Source: Macrostomum lignano
Taxonomy: Eukaryota
DNA: 64,000 nucleotides
Assembly: GCA_002269645.1 (NCBI GenBank)
Contig: NIVC01000811.1
Location: 1 to 64,000 of the forward strand
Reading direction: 5' to 3'
The notes under the pieces are model-generated. The model saw only the letters and a list, made by a program, of their open reading frames with translations. It had not been told where the DNA came from and made no database searches. The position numbers and the translations under genes were made by a program. This document shows, one piece after another, positions 1-44,720 of the stretch (position 1 is the first letter of the stretch; each line of letters starts with the position of its first letter).

Positions 1-1430
1 AACAATCATAGAAGCGTCATGTAAACAATCATAGAAGCGTCATGTAAACAATCATACAAGCGCCATGTAAAAAATCATAAAAGCGTCATGTAAACAATCA
101 TAAAAGCGTCATGTAAAAAATCGTAGAAGCGTCATGTAAAAAATCTTAGAAGCGTCATGTAAAAAATCATAGAAGCGTCATGTAAAAAATCATAGAAGCG
201 TCATGTAAAAAATCATAGAAGCGTCATGTAAAAAATCGTAGAAGCGTCATGTAAAAAATCTTAGAAGCGTCATGTAAACAATCATAGAAGCGTCATGTAA
301 ACAATCATAGAAGCGTCATGTAAAAAATCGTAGAAGCGTCATGTAAAAAATCTTAGAAGCGTCATGTAAACAATCATAGAAGCGTCATGTAAACAATCAT
401 AGAAGCGTCATGTAAAAAATCGTAGAAGCGTCATGTAAACAATCATAGAAGCGTCATGTAAACAATCATAGAAGCGTCATGTAAACAATCATAGAAGCGT
501 CATGTAAACAATCATAGAAGCGTCATGTAAAAAATCTTAGAAGCGTCATGTAAAAAATCTTAGAAGCGTCATGTAAAAAATCATAAAAGCGTCATGTAAA
601 CAATCATAGAAGCGTGATGTAAAAATCTTAGAAGCGTCATGTAAACAATCATAGAAGCGTCATGTAAACAATCATAGAAGCGTCATGTAAACAATCATAG
701 AAGCGTCATGTAAAAAATCGTAGAGGCGTCATGTAAACAATCATAGAAGCGTCATGTAAACAATCATAGAAGCGTCATGCAAACAATCATAGAAGCGTCA
801 TGTAAAAAATCATAGAAGCGTCATGTAAAAAATCATAGAAGCGTCATGTAAACAATCATAGAAGCGTCATGTAAACAATCATAGAAGCGTCATGTAAAAA
901 ATCATAGAAGCGTCATGTAAACAATCATAGAAACGTCATATAAAAATCATAGAAGCGTCATGTAAACAATCATAGAAGCGTCATGTAAACAATCATAGAA
1001 GCGTCATGTAAACAATCATAGAAGCGTCATGTAAACAATCATAGAAGCGTCATGTAAAAATCATAGAAGCGTCAAGAAAAAATCATAGAAGCGTACTGTA
1101 AACAATCATAGAAGCGTCATGTAAACAATCATAGAAGCGTCATGTAAAAATCATAGAAGCGTCAAGAAAAAATCATAGAAGCGTACTGTAAACAATCATA
1201 GAAGCGTCATGTAAACAATCATAGAAGCGTCATGTAAGCAATCATAGAAACGTCATATAAAAATCATAGAAGCGTCGTGTAAACAATCATAGAAGCGTCA
1301 TGTAAAAAATCATAGAAGCGTCATGTAAAAATCATAGAAGCGTCAAGAAAAAATCATAGAAGCCTCATTTAAAAATCATAGAAGCGTCATGTAAACAATC
1401 ATAGAAGCGTCATGTAAAAAACTAATGAAA
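1..1430. repeat. 23-bp satellite array (TGTAAACAATCATAGAAGCGTCA)n
   Basis: The unit repeats with period 23 (e.g. positions 1 and 24) with minor variants such as AAAAAATC and TCTTAGA; there are no unique spacers. Confidence 0.95.
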
Positions 1431-2313
1431 GTGTCATTTAAAAAATTAGGAAGCGTCACAGTAGAATAAAAGAAACGTCATGTCAGACATGAAGGGTTCA
1501 TGTAAAAATTAAATGCAACTACAATGCTGTGCTGGGGAGAAAAACTGAGACGTCAAGGCTCTCAGAGAATAACTGAGATTACGGGGGGGGGTTCTGAGAT
1601 GTCAAAGCAAAAGTCAGAAGCTACTTCAAAGTTCATGTACTTTACTCCATTTTTTATTGCATTCTTTGTTGGCTTGTCACGGGGGGGGGGCGCTGATAGA
1701 AGAAAAGTTATGTAAAAAATAAAAGTAGCACTATGTATACATAAAAGAAAAGTCATGTCGAAGTTAAAAGATTCATTTGGGAATTGCTACGATGTCAAAG
1801 CTTGGTGGAAATCGTTATAGTGCTGTGATTCTTAAAGAAAGAATCACTAAAATGTTAAGGCTTAGGGGAGAAGAATTGCTGAGATTTCAAGGCTTTAGGT
1901 TGGGTTAAAGTTAGGTTTAGGTCAGGTATGGGTTGAGGGTTATATTTTATCGGGTTTCAAGGTTAACAGGGATTTTTTAGATTTCAAGGTTTATGGGGGC
2001 CATTGCTGACATGTCAAGGCTTACGGGGGGAATAGCTGAGATGTCAAGGCTCACGGGGGTATAAATGAGATTTCAAGGCTAAAGTCAGAAGCTACATGTA
2101 GTTTATTGAAAACTTTTTATTACATTATTTGATGCCTCCTCAGGGGAGGGATCGCTGATAAAAAAGCGTAATGTAAAAAATAAAAGAAGCTTCATGTCGA
2201 AGTTAAGAGATTCATTTGGGAATCCCTACGATGTTGAGGCTTGCAAGGAATCGCTATAATGCTGTAGTAGTGCTATAATGACTCTTAGGGAGAATTACTG
2301 AAATTTCAATGCT

Positions 2314-2369
2314 TTAGGGTTAGGTTAGGGTTAGGGTTAGGGTTAGGGTTAGGCTAGGGTTAGGGTTAG
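2314..2369 (+). repeat. Short interstitial telomere-like (TTAGGG)n tract
   Basis: About 9 TTAGGG/TTAGG/CTAGGG units. Confidence 0.85.
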
Positions 2370-2589
2370 AAGGTTGACAGATATTTTTAGATTTCCAAGG
2401 CTTATTGGGGGCATTGCTGAGATGTCAAGGGGGAAGTTGATATGTTAAAGCTTGTGGGGGGGATAACTGACATGTCAAGGCTTACAAGGTTTGACAGGAG
2501 ATTTTTTAAGATTTCAAGGATACATGTAGCTTATTAAAAAAACGTGTATTGCATTTCTTTGGCTCCCCAACGGGGGGCGTAGATTGCTA

Positions 2590-2900
2590 GTCGTGTCCTA
2601 AATGTCTGCGTCAGTGTGTCCTAATGTCTGTGTCAGTGTGTCTTAATGTCTGTCTCAGTGTGTCCTAATATCTGTGTCAGTGTGTCTTAATGTCTGTCTT
2701 AGTGTGTCCTAATGTCTGTCCCAGTGTGTTCTAATGTCTGTCTCAGTGTGTCCTAATGTCTGTGTCAGTGTGTCTTAATGTCTGTCTCAGTGTGTCCTAA
2801 TATCTGTGTCAGTGTGTCTTAATGTCTGTGTCAGTGTGTCTTAATGTCTGTCTCATTGTGTCCTAATGTCTGTCCCAGTATGTCTTAATGTTTGTCTCAT
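2590..2900. repeat. 22-bp satellite (TAATGTCTGTCTCAGTGTGTCC)n, short copy
   Basis: Same unit as the 8365-12310 array. Confidence 0.9.
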
Positions 2901-3684
2901 CACAATATACTAAATCTCTAAGATCTGACCGGTATTTCAGTCTACAGCCTGAATGCCTGAACCGATTTTCTTCAAACTTGCTTTATTCAACTCAAAATTC
3001 TTGTGAGATTGTGTGGTTGTAATTGCATTGAAAAATTCGAATGGGAAGATGATTAAAAATTCAAAAAATCCAATATACTAAAAATGAAAATCTTGCTTGC
3101 TTGTAATCGATTAGAGAAAAAATGGCTGGACCGATTTTGTTCGAACTTGCACTGTTCGATCAGAAATTTTCCCGTGACTGTACATGCATCGTGGCTAAGA
3201 AATTGCTCGATGCTAAAGGCATTAAATATTCGAAAAACATGCTTTTTTGCAAAGGTCAAGCAAACTTTTCGACTTGAAATGCATTGTAAGAATGCTAGAG
3301 AAAAAACTGACTGGTTGAATTCTGATTCTGAAATAGATTGCATCATAACTGAATTGTACCTCCGACTTGAATTGAAAATACAGTGTGGAAGCGTAGCACC
3401 AGACTTGATTTAAATTGCGTAACCATATGTTAACTGATACTGACTGACTGAGAAACTGATTATGTCATAACTGCTTCGTGTGATTTACTCTATGCTTGGA
3501 TTTTAAAGTGTTGAATTATATAAGTGCAAAATTTGATGTTATCAAAACGATGAGAGCTAGCCTAGAGGTGAACAAACTGAACTGCCAAATGCAGCGACGA
3601 TGGTTCGAATTTTCATAGAGTACAATTTTTTTAATTAAAGCTTTTCAACGTCAGGAAAACTAAAAGACTTTTTAAAAAGAAGCA

Positions 3685-6600
3685 TCATGTAAAAAATCAT
3701 AGAAGCGTCATATAAAAATCATAGAAGCGTCATGTAAAAAATCATAGAAGTGTCATGTAAACAATCATAGAAGCGTCATGTAAAAAATCATAGAAGCGTC
3801 ATGTAAAAAATCATAGAAGCGTCATGTAAACAATCATAGAAGCGTCATGTAAACAATCATAGAAGCGTCATTTAAAAAATCATAGAAGCGCCATGTAAAA
3901 AATCGTAGAAGCGTTACATAAAAATCATAGAAGCGTCATTTTTAAAAAATCATAGAAGCGTTGTGTAAACAGTCATAGAAGCGTCATGTAAACAATCATA
4001 AAAGCGTCATTTTTAAAAAATCATAGAAGCGTCATGTAAACAATCATAGAAGCGTCATGTAAACAATCATAGAAGCGTCATGTAAACAATCATAGAAGCG
4101 TCATGTAAACAATCATAGAAGCGTCATGTAAACAATCCTAGAAGCGTCATGTAAACAATCATAGAAACGTAATGTAAACAATCATAGAAGCGTCACGAAA
4201 CAATCATAGAAGCGTCATGTAAACAACCATAGAAGCGTCATGTAAAAATCATAGAAGCGTCATGTAAAAATCATAGAAGCGTCATGAAGCAATCATAGAA
4301 GCGTCATGTAAAAATCATAAAAGCGTCATGTAAACAATCATAGAAGCGTCATGTAAACAATCATAGAAGCGTCATGTAAACAATCATAGAAGCGTCATGT
4401 AAACAATCCTAGAAGCGTCATGTAAACAATCATAGAAGCGTCATGTAAACAATCATAGAAGCGTCATGTAAACAATCATAGAAACGTAATGTAAACAATC
4501 ATAGAAGCGTCACGAAACAATCATAGAAGCGTCATGTAAACAATCATAGAAGCGTCATGTAAACAATCATAAAAGCGTCATGTAAACAATCATAGAAGCG
4601 TCATGAAGCAATCATAGAAGCGTCATGTAAAAATCATAAAAGCGTCATGTAAACAATCATAGAAGCGTCATGTAAACAATCATAGAAGCGTCATGTAAAA
4701 ATCATAGAAGCGTCATGTAAACAATCATAGAAGCGTCATGTAAACAATCATAGAAGCGTCATGTAAAAAATCGTAGAAGCGTCATTTTTAAAAAATCATA
4801 AAAGCGTCATGTAAACAATCATAAAAGCGTCATGTAAACAATCATAGAAGCGTCATGTAAAAAATGGTAGAAGCGTCATGTAAACAATCATAGAAGCGTC
4901 ATGTAAACAATCATAGAAGCGTCATGTAAACAATCATAGAAGCGTCATGTAAACAATCATAGAAGCGTCATGAAAAAATCATAGAAGCGTCATATAAAAA
5001 TCATAGAAGCGTCATGTAAAAAATCATAGAAGCGTCATGTAAACAATCATAGAAGCGTCATGTAAACAATCATAGAAGCGTCATGTAAACAATCATAGAA
5101 GCGTCATGTAAACAATCATACAAGCGCCATGTAAAAATCATAAAAGCGTCATGTAAACAATCATAAAAGCGTCATGTAAAAAATCGTAGAAGCGTCATGT
5201 AAAAAATCTTAGAAGCGTCATGTAAACAATCATAGAAGCGTCATGTAAACAATCATAGAAGCGTCATGTAAAAAATCGTAGAAGCGTCATGTAAAAAATC
5301 TTAGAAGCGTCATGTAAACAATCATAGAAGCGTCATGTAAACAATCATAGAAGCGTCATGTAAAAAATCATAGAAGCGTCATGTAAAAATCATAGAAGCG
5401 TCATGTAAAAAATCGTAGAAGCGTCATGTAAAAAATCTTAGAAGCGTCATGTAAACAATCATAGAAGCGTCATGTAAACAATCATAGAAGCGTCATGTAA
5501 AAAATCGTAGAAGCGTCATGTAAAAAATCTTAGAAGCGTCATGTAAACAATCATAGAAGCGTCATGTAAACAATCATAGAAGCGTCATGTAAAAAATCGT
5601 AGAAGCGTCATGTAAAAAATCTTAGAAGCGTCATGTAAACAATCATAGAAGCGTCATGTAAACAATCATAGAAGCGTCATGTAAACAATCATAGAAGCGT
5701 CATGTAAACAATCATAGAAGCGTCATGTAAACAATCATAGAAGCGTCATGTAAACAATCATAGAAGCGTCATGAAAAAATCATAGAAGCGTCATATAAAA
5801 ATCATAGAAGCGTCATGTAAAAAATCATAGAAGCGTCATGTAAACAATCATAGAAGCGTCATGTAAACAATCATAGAAGCGTCATGTAAACAATCATAGA
5901 AGCGTCATGTAAACAATCATACAAGCGCCATGTAAAAAATCATAAAAGCGTCATGTAAACAATCATAAAAGCGTCATGTAAAAAATCGTAGAAGCGTCAT
6001 GTAAAAAATCTTAGAAGCGTCATGTAAAAAATCATAGAAGCGTCATGTAAAAAATCATAGAAGCGTCATGTAAAAATCATAGAAGCGTCATGTAAAAAAT
6101 CGTAGAAGCGTCATGTAAAAAATCTTAGAAGCGTCATGTAAACAATCATAGAAGCGTCATGTAAACAATCATAGAAGCGTCATGTAAAAAATCGTAGAAG
6201 CGTCATGTAAAAAATCTTAGAAGCGTCATGTAAACAATCATAGAAGCGTCATGTAAACAATCATAGAAGCGTCATGTAAAAATCGTAGAAGCGTCATGTA
6301 AAAAATCTTAGAAGCGTCATGTAAACAATCATAGAAGCGTCATGTAAACAATCATAGAAGCGTCATGTAAACAATCATAGAAGCGTCATGTAAAAAATCT
6401 TAGAAGCGTCATGTAAAAAATCTTAGAAGCGTCATGTAAAAAATCATAAAAGCGTCATGTAAACAATCATAGAAGCGTCATGTAAAAAATCTTAGAAGCG
6501 TCATGTAAACAATCATAGAAGCGTCATGTAAACAATCATAGAAGCGTCATGTAAACAATCATAGAAGCGTCATGTAAAAAATCGTAGAGGCGTCATGTAA

Positions 6601-7200
6601 ACAATCATAGAAGCGTCATGTAAACAATCATAGAAGCGTCATGCAAACAATCATAGAAGCGTCATGTAAAAAATCATAGAAGCGTCATGTAAAAAATCAT
6701 AGAAGCGTCATGTAAACAATCATAGAAGCGTCATGTAAACAATCATAGAAGCGTCATGTAAAAAATCATAGAAGCGTCATGTAAACAATCATAGAAACGT
6801 CATATAAAAATCATAGAAGCGTCATGTAAACAATCATAGAAGCGTCATGTAAACAATCATAGAAGCGTCATGTAAACAATCATAGAAGCGTCATGTAAAC
6901 AATCATAGAAGCGTCATGTAAAAATCATAGAAGCGTCAAGAAAAAATCATAGAAGCGTACTGTAAACAATCATAGAAGCGTCATGTAAACAATCATAGAA
7001 GCGTCATGTAAGCAATCATAGAAACGTCATATAAAAATCATAGAAGCGTCGTGTAAACAATCATAGAAGCGTCATGTAAAAATCATAGAAGCGTCATGTA
7101 AAAATCATAGAAGCGTCAAGAAAAAATCATAGAAGCCTCATTTAAAAATCATAGAAGCGTCATGTAAACAATCATAGAAGCGTCATGTAAAAAACTAATG
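3685..7200. repeat. 23-bp satellite array, same family as 1-1430
   Basis: Continuous TGTAAACAATCATAGAAGCGTCA units. Confidence 0.95.
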
Positions 7201-8086
7201 AAAGTGTCATTTAAAAAATTAGGAAGCGTCACAGTAGAATAAAAGAAACGTCATGTCAGACATGAAGGGTTCATGTAAAAATTAAATGCAACTACAATGC
7301 TGTGCTGGGGAGAAAAACTGAGACGTCAAGGCTCTCAGAGAATAACTGAGATTACGGGGGGGGGTTTCTGAGATGTCAAAGCAAAAGTCAGAAGCTACTT
7401 CAAAGTTCATGTACTTTACTCCATTTTTTTATTGCATTCTTTGTTGGCTTGTCACGGGGGGGGCGCTGATAGAAGAAAAGTTATGTAAAAAATAAAAGTA
7501 GCACTATGTATACATAAAAGAAAAGTCATGTCGAAGTTAAAAGATTCATTTGGGAATTGCTACGATGTCAAAGCTTGGTGGAAATCGTTATAGTGCTGTG
7601 ATTCTTAAAGAAAGAATCACTAAAATGTTAAGGCTTAGGGGAGAAGAATTGCTGAGATTTCAAGGCTTTAGGTTGGGTTAAAGTTAGGTTTAGGTCAGGT
7701 ATGGGTTGAGGGTTATATTTTATCGGGTTTCAAGGTTAACAGGGGATTTTTTAGATTTCAAGGTTTATGGGGGCCATTGCTGACATGTCAAGGCTTACGG
7801 GGGAATAGCTGAGATGTCAAGGCTCACGGGGGTATAAATGAGATTTCAAGGCTAAAGTCAGAAGCTACATGTAGTTTATTGAAAACTTTTTATTACATTA
7901 TTTGATGCCTCCTCAGGGGAGGGATCGCTGATAAAAAAGCGTAATGTAAAAAATAAAAGAAGCTTCATGTCGAAGTTAAGAGATTCATTTGGGAATCCCT
8001 ACGATGTTGAGGCTTGCAAGGAATCGCTATAATGCTGTAGTAGTGCTATAATGACTCTTAGGGAGAATTACTGAAATTTCAATGCT

Positions 8087-8142
8087 TTAGGGTTAGGTTA
8101 GGGTTAGGGTTAGGGTTAGGGTTAGGCTAGGGTTAGGGTTAG
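8087..8142 (+). repeat. Interstitial (TTAGGG)n tract (duplicated copy)
   Basis: Copy of 2314-2369 at offset 5773. Confidence 0.85.
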
Positions 8143-8364
8143 AAGGTTGACAGATATTTTTAGATTTCCAAGGCTTATTGGGGGCATTGCTGAGATGTCA
8201 AGGGGGGAAGTTGATATGTTAAAGCTTGTGGGGGGGATAACTGACATGTCAAGGCTTACAAGGTTTGACAGGAGATTTTTTAAGATTTCAAGGATACATG
8301 TAGCTTATTAAAAAAACGTGTATTGCATTTCTTTGGCTCCCCAACGGGGGGCGTAGATTGCTAG

Positions 8365-11300
8365 TCGTGTCCTAAATGTCTGCGTCAGTGTGTCCTAATG
8401 TCTGTGTCAGTGTGTCTTAATGTCTGTCTCAGTGTGTCCTAATATCTGTGTCAGTGTGTCTTAATGTCTGTCTTAGTGTGTCCTAATGTCTGTCCCAGTG
8501 TGTTCTAATGTCTGTCTCAGTGTGTCCTAATGTCTGTGTCAGTGTGTCTTAATGTCTGTCTCAGTGTGTCCTAATATCTGTGTCAGTGTGTCTTAATGTC
8601 TGTGTCAGTGTGTCTTAATGTCTGTCTCATTGTGTCCTAATGTCTGTCCCAGTATGTCTTAATGTTTGTCTCATCGTGTCCTAAATGTCTGTGTCAGTGT
8701 GTCCTAATGTCTGTGTCAGTGTGTCTTAATGTCTGTGTCAGTGTTTCCTAATGTCTGTCTCAGTGTGTCCTAATGTCTGTGTCAGTGTGTCCTAATGTCT
8801 GTCCCAGTGTTTCCTAATGTCTGTGTCAGTGTTTCCTAATGTCTGTCTCAGTGTGTCCTAATGTCTGTGTCAGTGTGTCTTACTGTCTGTCTCAGTGTGT
8901 CCTAATATCTGTGTCAGTGTGTCTTAATGTCTGTCTCAGTGTGTCCTAATGTTTGTCTTAGTGTGTCCTAATGTCTGTCTCAGTGTTTCCTAATGTCTGT
9001 CTCAGTGTGTCCTAATGTCTGTCTCAGTGTTTCCTAATGTCTGTGTCAGTGTGTCTTATTGTCTGTCTCAGTGTGTCCTAATATCTGTGTCAGTGTGTCT
9101 TAATGTCTGTCTCAGTGTGTCCTAATGTCTGTCCCAGTGTGTTCTAACGTCTGTCTCAGTGTGTCCTAATGTCTGTCTCAGTGTTTCGTAATGTCTGTGT
9201 CAGTGTGTCTTATTGTCTGTCTCAGTGTGTCCTAATATCTGTGTCAGTGTGTCTGTGTCAGTGTGTCTTAATGTCTGTCTCAGTGTTTCCTAATGTCTGT
9301 GTCAGTGTGTCTGTGTCAGTGTGTCTTAATGTCTGTGTCAGTGTGTCTTAATGTCTGTCTCAGTGTGTCCTAATGTCTGTCTCAGTGTGTCCTAATGTTT
9401 GTCTGTGTCCTAATGTCTGTCTCAGTGTTTCCTAATGTCTGTCCCAGTGTGTTCTAATGTCTGTCTCAGTGTGTCCTAATGTCTGTTTCAGTGTTTCGAA
9501 ATGTCTGTGTCAGTGTGTCTTATTGTCTGTCTCAGTGTGTCCTAATATCTGTGTCAGTGTGTCTGTCCGTGTCTTAATGTCTGTCTCAGTGTTTCCTAAT
9601 GTCTGTGTCAGTGTGTCTTAATGTCTGTGTCAGTGTGTGTTAATGTCTGTCTCAGTGTGTCCTAATGTCTGTGTCAGTGTGTCTTAATGTCTGTCTCAGT
9701 GTGTCCTAATGTCTGTCTCAGTGTGTCCTAATGTTTGTCTGTGTCCTAATGTCTGTCTCAGTGTTTCCTAATGTCTGTGTCAGTGTGTCTTAATGTCTGT
9801 GTCAGTGTGTCTTAATGTCTGTCTCAGTGTGTCTTAATGTCTGTCTCAGTGTGTCCTAATGTCTGTCTCAGTGTGTCCTAATGTCTGTCTCAGTGTGTCC
9901 TAATGTCTGTCTCAGTGTGTCCTAATGTTTGTCTGTGTCCTAATGTCTGTCTCAGTGTGTCCTAATGTTTGTCTGTGTCCTAATGTCTGTCTCAGTGTTT
10001 CCTAATGTCTGTGTCAGTGTGTCTTAATGTCTGTGTCAGTGTGTCTTAATGTCTGTCTCAGTGTGTCTTAATGTCTGTCTCAGTGTGTCTTAATGTCTGT
10101 CTCAGTGTGTCCTAATGTCTGTCTCAGTGTGTCCTAATGTCTGTCTCAGTGTGTCCTAATGTTTGTCTGTGTCCTAATGTCTGTCTCAGTGTGTCCCAAT
10201 GTCTGTGTCAGTGTGTCTTAATGTCTGTCTCAGTGTGTCCTAATGTCTTTGTCAGTGTGTCTTAAAGTCTGTCTCAGTGTGTCCTAATGTCTGTGTCAGT
10301 GTGTCTTAATGTCTGTCTCAGTGTGTCCTAATGTCTGTGTCAGTGTGTCCTAATGTCTGTCTCAGTGTGTCCTAATGTCTGTCTCAGTGTGTCCTAATGT
10401 CTGTCTCAGTGTGTCCTAATGTTTGTCTGTGTCCTAATGTCTGTCTCAGTGTGTCCCAATGTCTGTGTCAGTGTGTCTTAATGTCTGTCTCAGTGTGTCC
10501 TAATGTCTGTGTCAGTGTGTCTTAACGTCTGTCTCAGTGTGTCCTAATGTCTGTCTCAGTGTGTCCTAATGTCTGTCTCAGTGTTTCCTAATGTCTGTGT
10601 CAGTGTGTCTTAATGTCTGTCTCAGTGTGTCATAATGTCTGTGTCAGTGTGTCTTAATGTCTGTCTTAGTGTGTCCTAATGTCTGTCTCAGTGTGTCCTA
10701 ATGTTTGTCTGTGTCCTAATGTCTGTCTCAGTGTTTCCTAATGTCTGTGTCAGTGTGTCTTAATGTCTGTGTCAGTGTGTCTTAATGTCTGTCTCAGTGT
10801 GTCTTAATGTCTGTGTCAGTGTGTCTTAATGTCTGTCTCAGTGTGTCCTAATGTCTGTCTCAGTGTGTCCTAATGTCTGTCTCAGTGTGTCCTAATGTTT
10901 GTCTGTGTCCTAATGTCTGTCTCAGTGTGTCCCAATGTCTGTGTCAGTGTGTCTTAATGTCTGTCTCAGTGTGTCCTAATGTCTGTGTCAGTGTGTCTTA
11001 ATGTCTGTCTCAGTGTGTCCTAATGTCTGTCTCAGTGTGTCCCAATGTCTGTGTCAGTGTGTCCTAATGTCTGTCTCAGTGTGTCCTAATGTCTGTGTCA
11101 GTGTGTCTTAATGTCTGTCTCAGTGTGTCCTAATGTCTGTGTCAGTGTGTCTTAATGTCTGTCTCAGTGTGTCCTAATGTCTGTCTCAGTGTGTCCTAAT
11201 GTTTGTCTGTGTCCTAATGTCTGTGTCAGTGTGTCTTAATGTCTGTCTCAGTGTGTCCTAATGTCTGTGTCAGTGTGTCTTAATGTCTGTCTCAGTGTGT

Positions 11301-12310
11301 CCTAATGTCTGTCCCAGTGTGTCCTAATGTTTGTCTGTGTCCTAATGTCTGTCTCAGTGTGTCCTAATGTTTGTCTGTGTCCTAATGTCTGTCTCAGTGT
11401 GTCCCAATGTCTGTGTCAGTGTGTCTTAATGTCTGTCTCAGTGTGTCCTAATGTCTGTGTCAGTGTGTCTTAATGTCTGTCTCAGTGTGTCCTAATGTCT
11501 GTGTCAGTGTGTTCTAATGTCTGTCTCAGTGTGTCCTAATGTCTGTCTCAGTGTTTCCTAATGTCTGTGTCAGTGTGTCTTATTGTCTGTCTCAGTGTGT
11601 CCTAATATCTGTGTCAGTGTGTCTTAATGTCTGTCTCAGTGTTTCCTAATGTCTGTGTCAGTGTGTCTTAATGTCTGTGTCAGTGTGTCTTAATGTCTGT
11701 CTCAGTGTGTCCTAATGTCTGTGTCAGTGTGTCTTAATGTCTGTCTCAGTGTTTCCTAATGTCTGTGTCAGTGTGTCTTAATGTCTGTGTCAGTGTGTCC
11801 TAATGTCTGTCTCAGTGTTTCCTAATGTCTGTGTCAGTGTGTCTTAATGTCTGTCTCAGTGTGTCTTAATGTCTGTGTCAGTGTGTCTTAATGTCTGTCT
11901 CAGTGTGTCCTAATGTCTGTCTCAGTGTGTCTTAATGTCTGTCTCAGTGTGTCCTAATGTCTGTCTCAGTGTGTCCTAATGTCTGTGTCAGTGTGTCTTA
12001 ATGTCTGTGTCAGTGTGTCTTAATGTCTGTCTCAGTGTGTCCTAATGTCTGTCTCAGTGTGTCCTAATGTCTGTGTCAGTGTGTCCTAATGTCTGTCTCA
12101 GTGTTTCCTAATGTCTGTCTCAGTGTGTCCTAATGTCTGTCTCAGTGTTTCCTAATGTCTGTGTCAGTGTGTCTTATTGTCTGTCTCAGTGTGTCCTAAT
12201 ATCTGTGTCAGTGTGTCTTAATGTCTGTCTCAGTGTGTCCTAATGTCTGTCCCAGTGTGTTCTAATGTCTGTCTCAGTGTGTCCTAATGTCTGTGTCAGT
12301 GTGTCCTAAT
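8365..12310. repeat. 22-bp satellite array (TAATGTCTGTCTCAGTGTGTCC)n
   Basis: About 4 kb of period-22 units with CTC/GTC and CCT/CTT variants. Confidence 0.95.
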
Positions 12311-12476
12311 TATATCTGTCAGAAAAGGCAAGACAGACATTAGGACACGCTAAGACACGGACTGAAACCAAAGCACATGCAGATGCAATTTAATAAACAC
12401 TCGATGACTTGAAAATCCTTGCATTTACTGAAATTAGTGCTATAAAAAACAAATAAAAACTGTGCCACCATTCAAG

Positions 12477-43094
<30,618 letters not shown>

Positions 43095-43164
43095 GAAGAC
43101 TGAGCTCGATTTGTGTTTCTTTTCTGACTGTTTTGAGAATCTTGAGAGATGAGCGAAACACTAA

Positions 43165-43605
43165 ATCCTAATCCCTAATCCATCATTCCGATCCCAAATC
43201 CCATCATCCCGATCCCAAATCCCATCATCCCGATCCCAAATCCCATCATCCCGATCTCAAATCCCACCATCCCTATCTTAAATTCCATCATCCCAATCCC
43301 AAATCCCATCATCCCGATCCCGAATCCCATCATCCTAATCCCAAATCCCATCATCCCGATCCCAAATCCCATCATCCCGATCTCAAATCCCACCATCCCT
43401 ATCCCAAATTCCATCATCCCAATCCCAAATCCCATCATCCCGATCCCGAATCCCATCATCCCAATCCCAAATCCCATCATCCTGATCCCAAATCCCATCA
43501 TCCTAATCTCAAATCCCATCATCCCGATCTCAAATCCCACCATCCCGATCCCAAATCCCACCATCCCGATCCCAAATCCCATCATCCCGATCCCAAATCC
43601 CATCA
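43165..43605. repeat. 21-bp minisatellite (ATCCCAAATCCCATCATCCCG)n
   Basis: Begins ~70 bp after the MEGF8 stop codon. Confidence 0.9.
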
Positions 43606-43994
43606 GTCAGGCTATCAAAAGCAAAGCTTTATTTTCACTCAATCGCTCACCCAGTCCAGTCACATTTGCAAAGCAATAAGCCGCTGTAAAAGCAGTCATA
43701 TTTTTTAATTTGCCAATTTTGTTAAAGTCTTGTCCTGTCTTTGCTGCAAATCGCTTCGCTCGCTCTGCCGCCGCCCACGCACCGCAATTTCAAATTTCAA
43801 CTCAAATTCTAAGAAAACAAAATTCCTCACTTGATGGCCCAAATTTTTTGTTTTGATTGACTTTTGTTTATCCTGTGCACCTGCTTGTCTTTCAAATTTC
43901 AAACTCCCAATTGAAAGTTGATCTCACGCTATATTTTGATTTGTTATTTGGGCCAAATTCTGCTGTGGCATATCAGCGTGGCGTCTTCTGTTTT

Positions 43995-44720
43995 TTGCTT
44001 TCCTGTGTTTTGTCTGAACTGAATCCGCCTGACTGCTTGCTTTCCTGTGTTTTGTCTGAACTGAATCCGCCTGACTGCCTTCTTTCCTGTGTTTTGTCTG
44101 AACTGAATCCGCCTGACTGCTTGCTTTCCTGTGTTTTGTCTGAACTGAATCCGCCTGACTGCCTGCTTTCCTGTGTTTTGTCTGAACTGAATCCGCCTGA
44201 CTGCCTGCTTTCCTGTGTTTTGTCTGAACTGAATCCGCCTGACTGCCTGCTTTCCTGTGTTTTGTCTGAACTGAATCCGCCTGACTGCTTGCTTTCCTGT
44301 GTTTTGTCTGAACTGAATCCGCCTGACTGCTTGCTTTCCTGTGTTTTGTCTGAACTGAATCCGCCTGACTGCCTGCTTTCCTGTGTTTTGTCTGAACTGA
44401 ATCCGCCTGACTGCTTGCTTTCCTGTGTTTTGTCTGAACTGAATCCGCCTGACTGCCTTCTTTCCTGTGTTTTGTCTGAACTGAATCCGCCTGACTGCTT
44501 GCTTTCCTGTGTTTTGTCTGAACTGAATCCGCCTGACTGCCTGCTTTCCTGTGTTTTGTCTGAACTGAATCCGCCTGACTGCCTGCTTTCCTGTGTTTTG
44601 TCTGAACTGAATCCGCCTGACTGCCTGCTTTCCTGTGTTTTGTCTGAACTGAATCCGCCTGACTGCCTGCTTTACTGTGTTTTGTCTGAACTGAATCCGC
44701 CTGACTGCTTGCTTTACTGA
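43995..44720. repeat. 42-bp minisatellite
   Basis: About 17 near-identical units; gives the repetitive ORFs LLSCVLSELNPPDC and its antisense. Confidence 0.95.

Larger units (their letters stand above)
1..8673. repeat. ~5.77 kb tandem segmental duplication (copy 1: window start to ~2900; copy 2: ~5774-8673)
   Basis: The non-satellite block at 1441-2590 recurs almost identically at offset 5773 (AAAAATTAGGAAGCGTCACAG at 1441 and 7214; TTAGGG tract at 2314 and 8087). The copies diverge after ...GTCTCATC (2900 vs ~8673). Confidence 0.9.

Noticed and set aside
2314-2369. True telomere or chromosome fusion site
   Set aside because: Only ~9 partly degenerate units, duplicated with the block and with no head-to-head inversion; degenerate TTAGGG-like text also occurs at 12870-12990.
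2901-3684. ORFs 3053-3346 and 3084-3413 as genes; segment as a Helitron-like non-autonomous insert
   Set aside because: No protein motif, and I could not define termini, a hairpin or a TSD with confidence.
1-12310. CRISPR-like appearance of the regular 22-23-bp repeats
   Set aside because: The units abut with no unique spacers, there are no cas genes and the context is eukaryotic: ordinary satellites.
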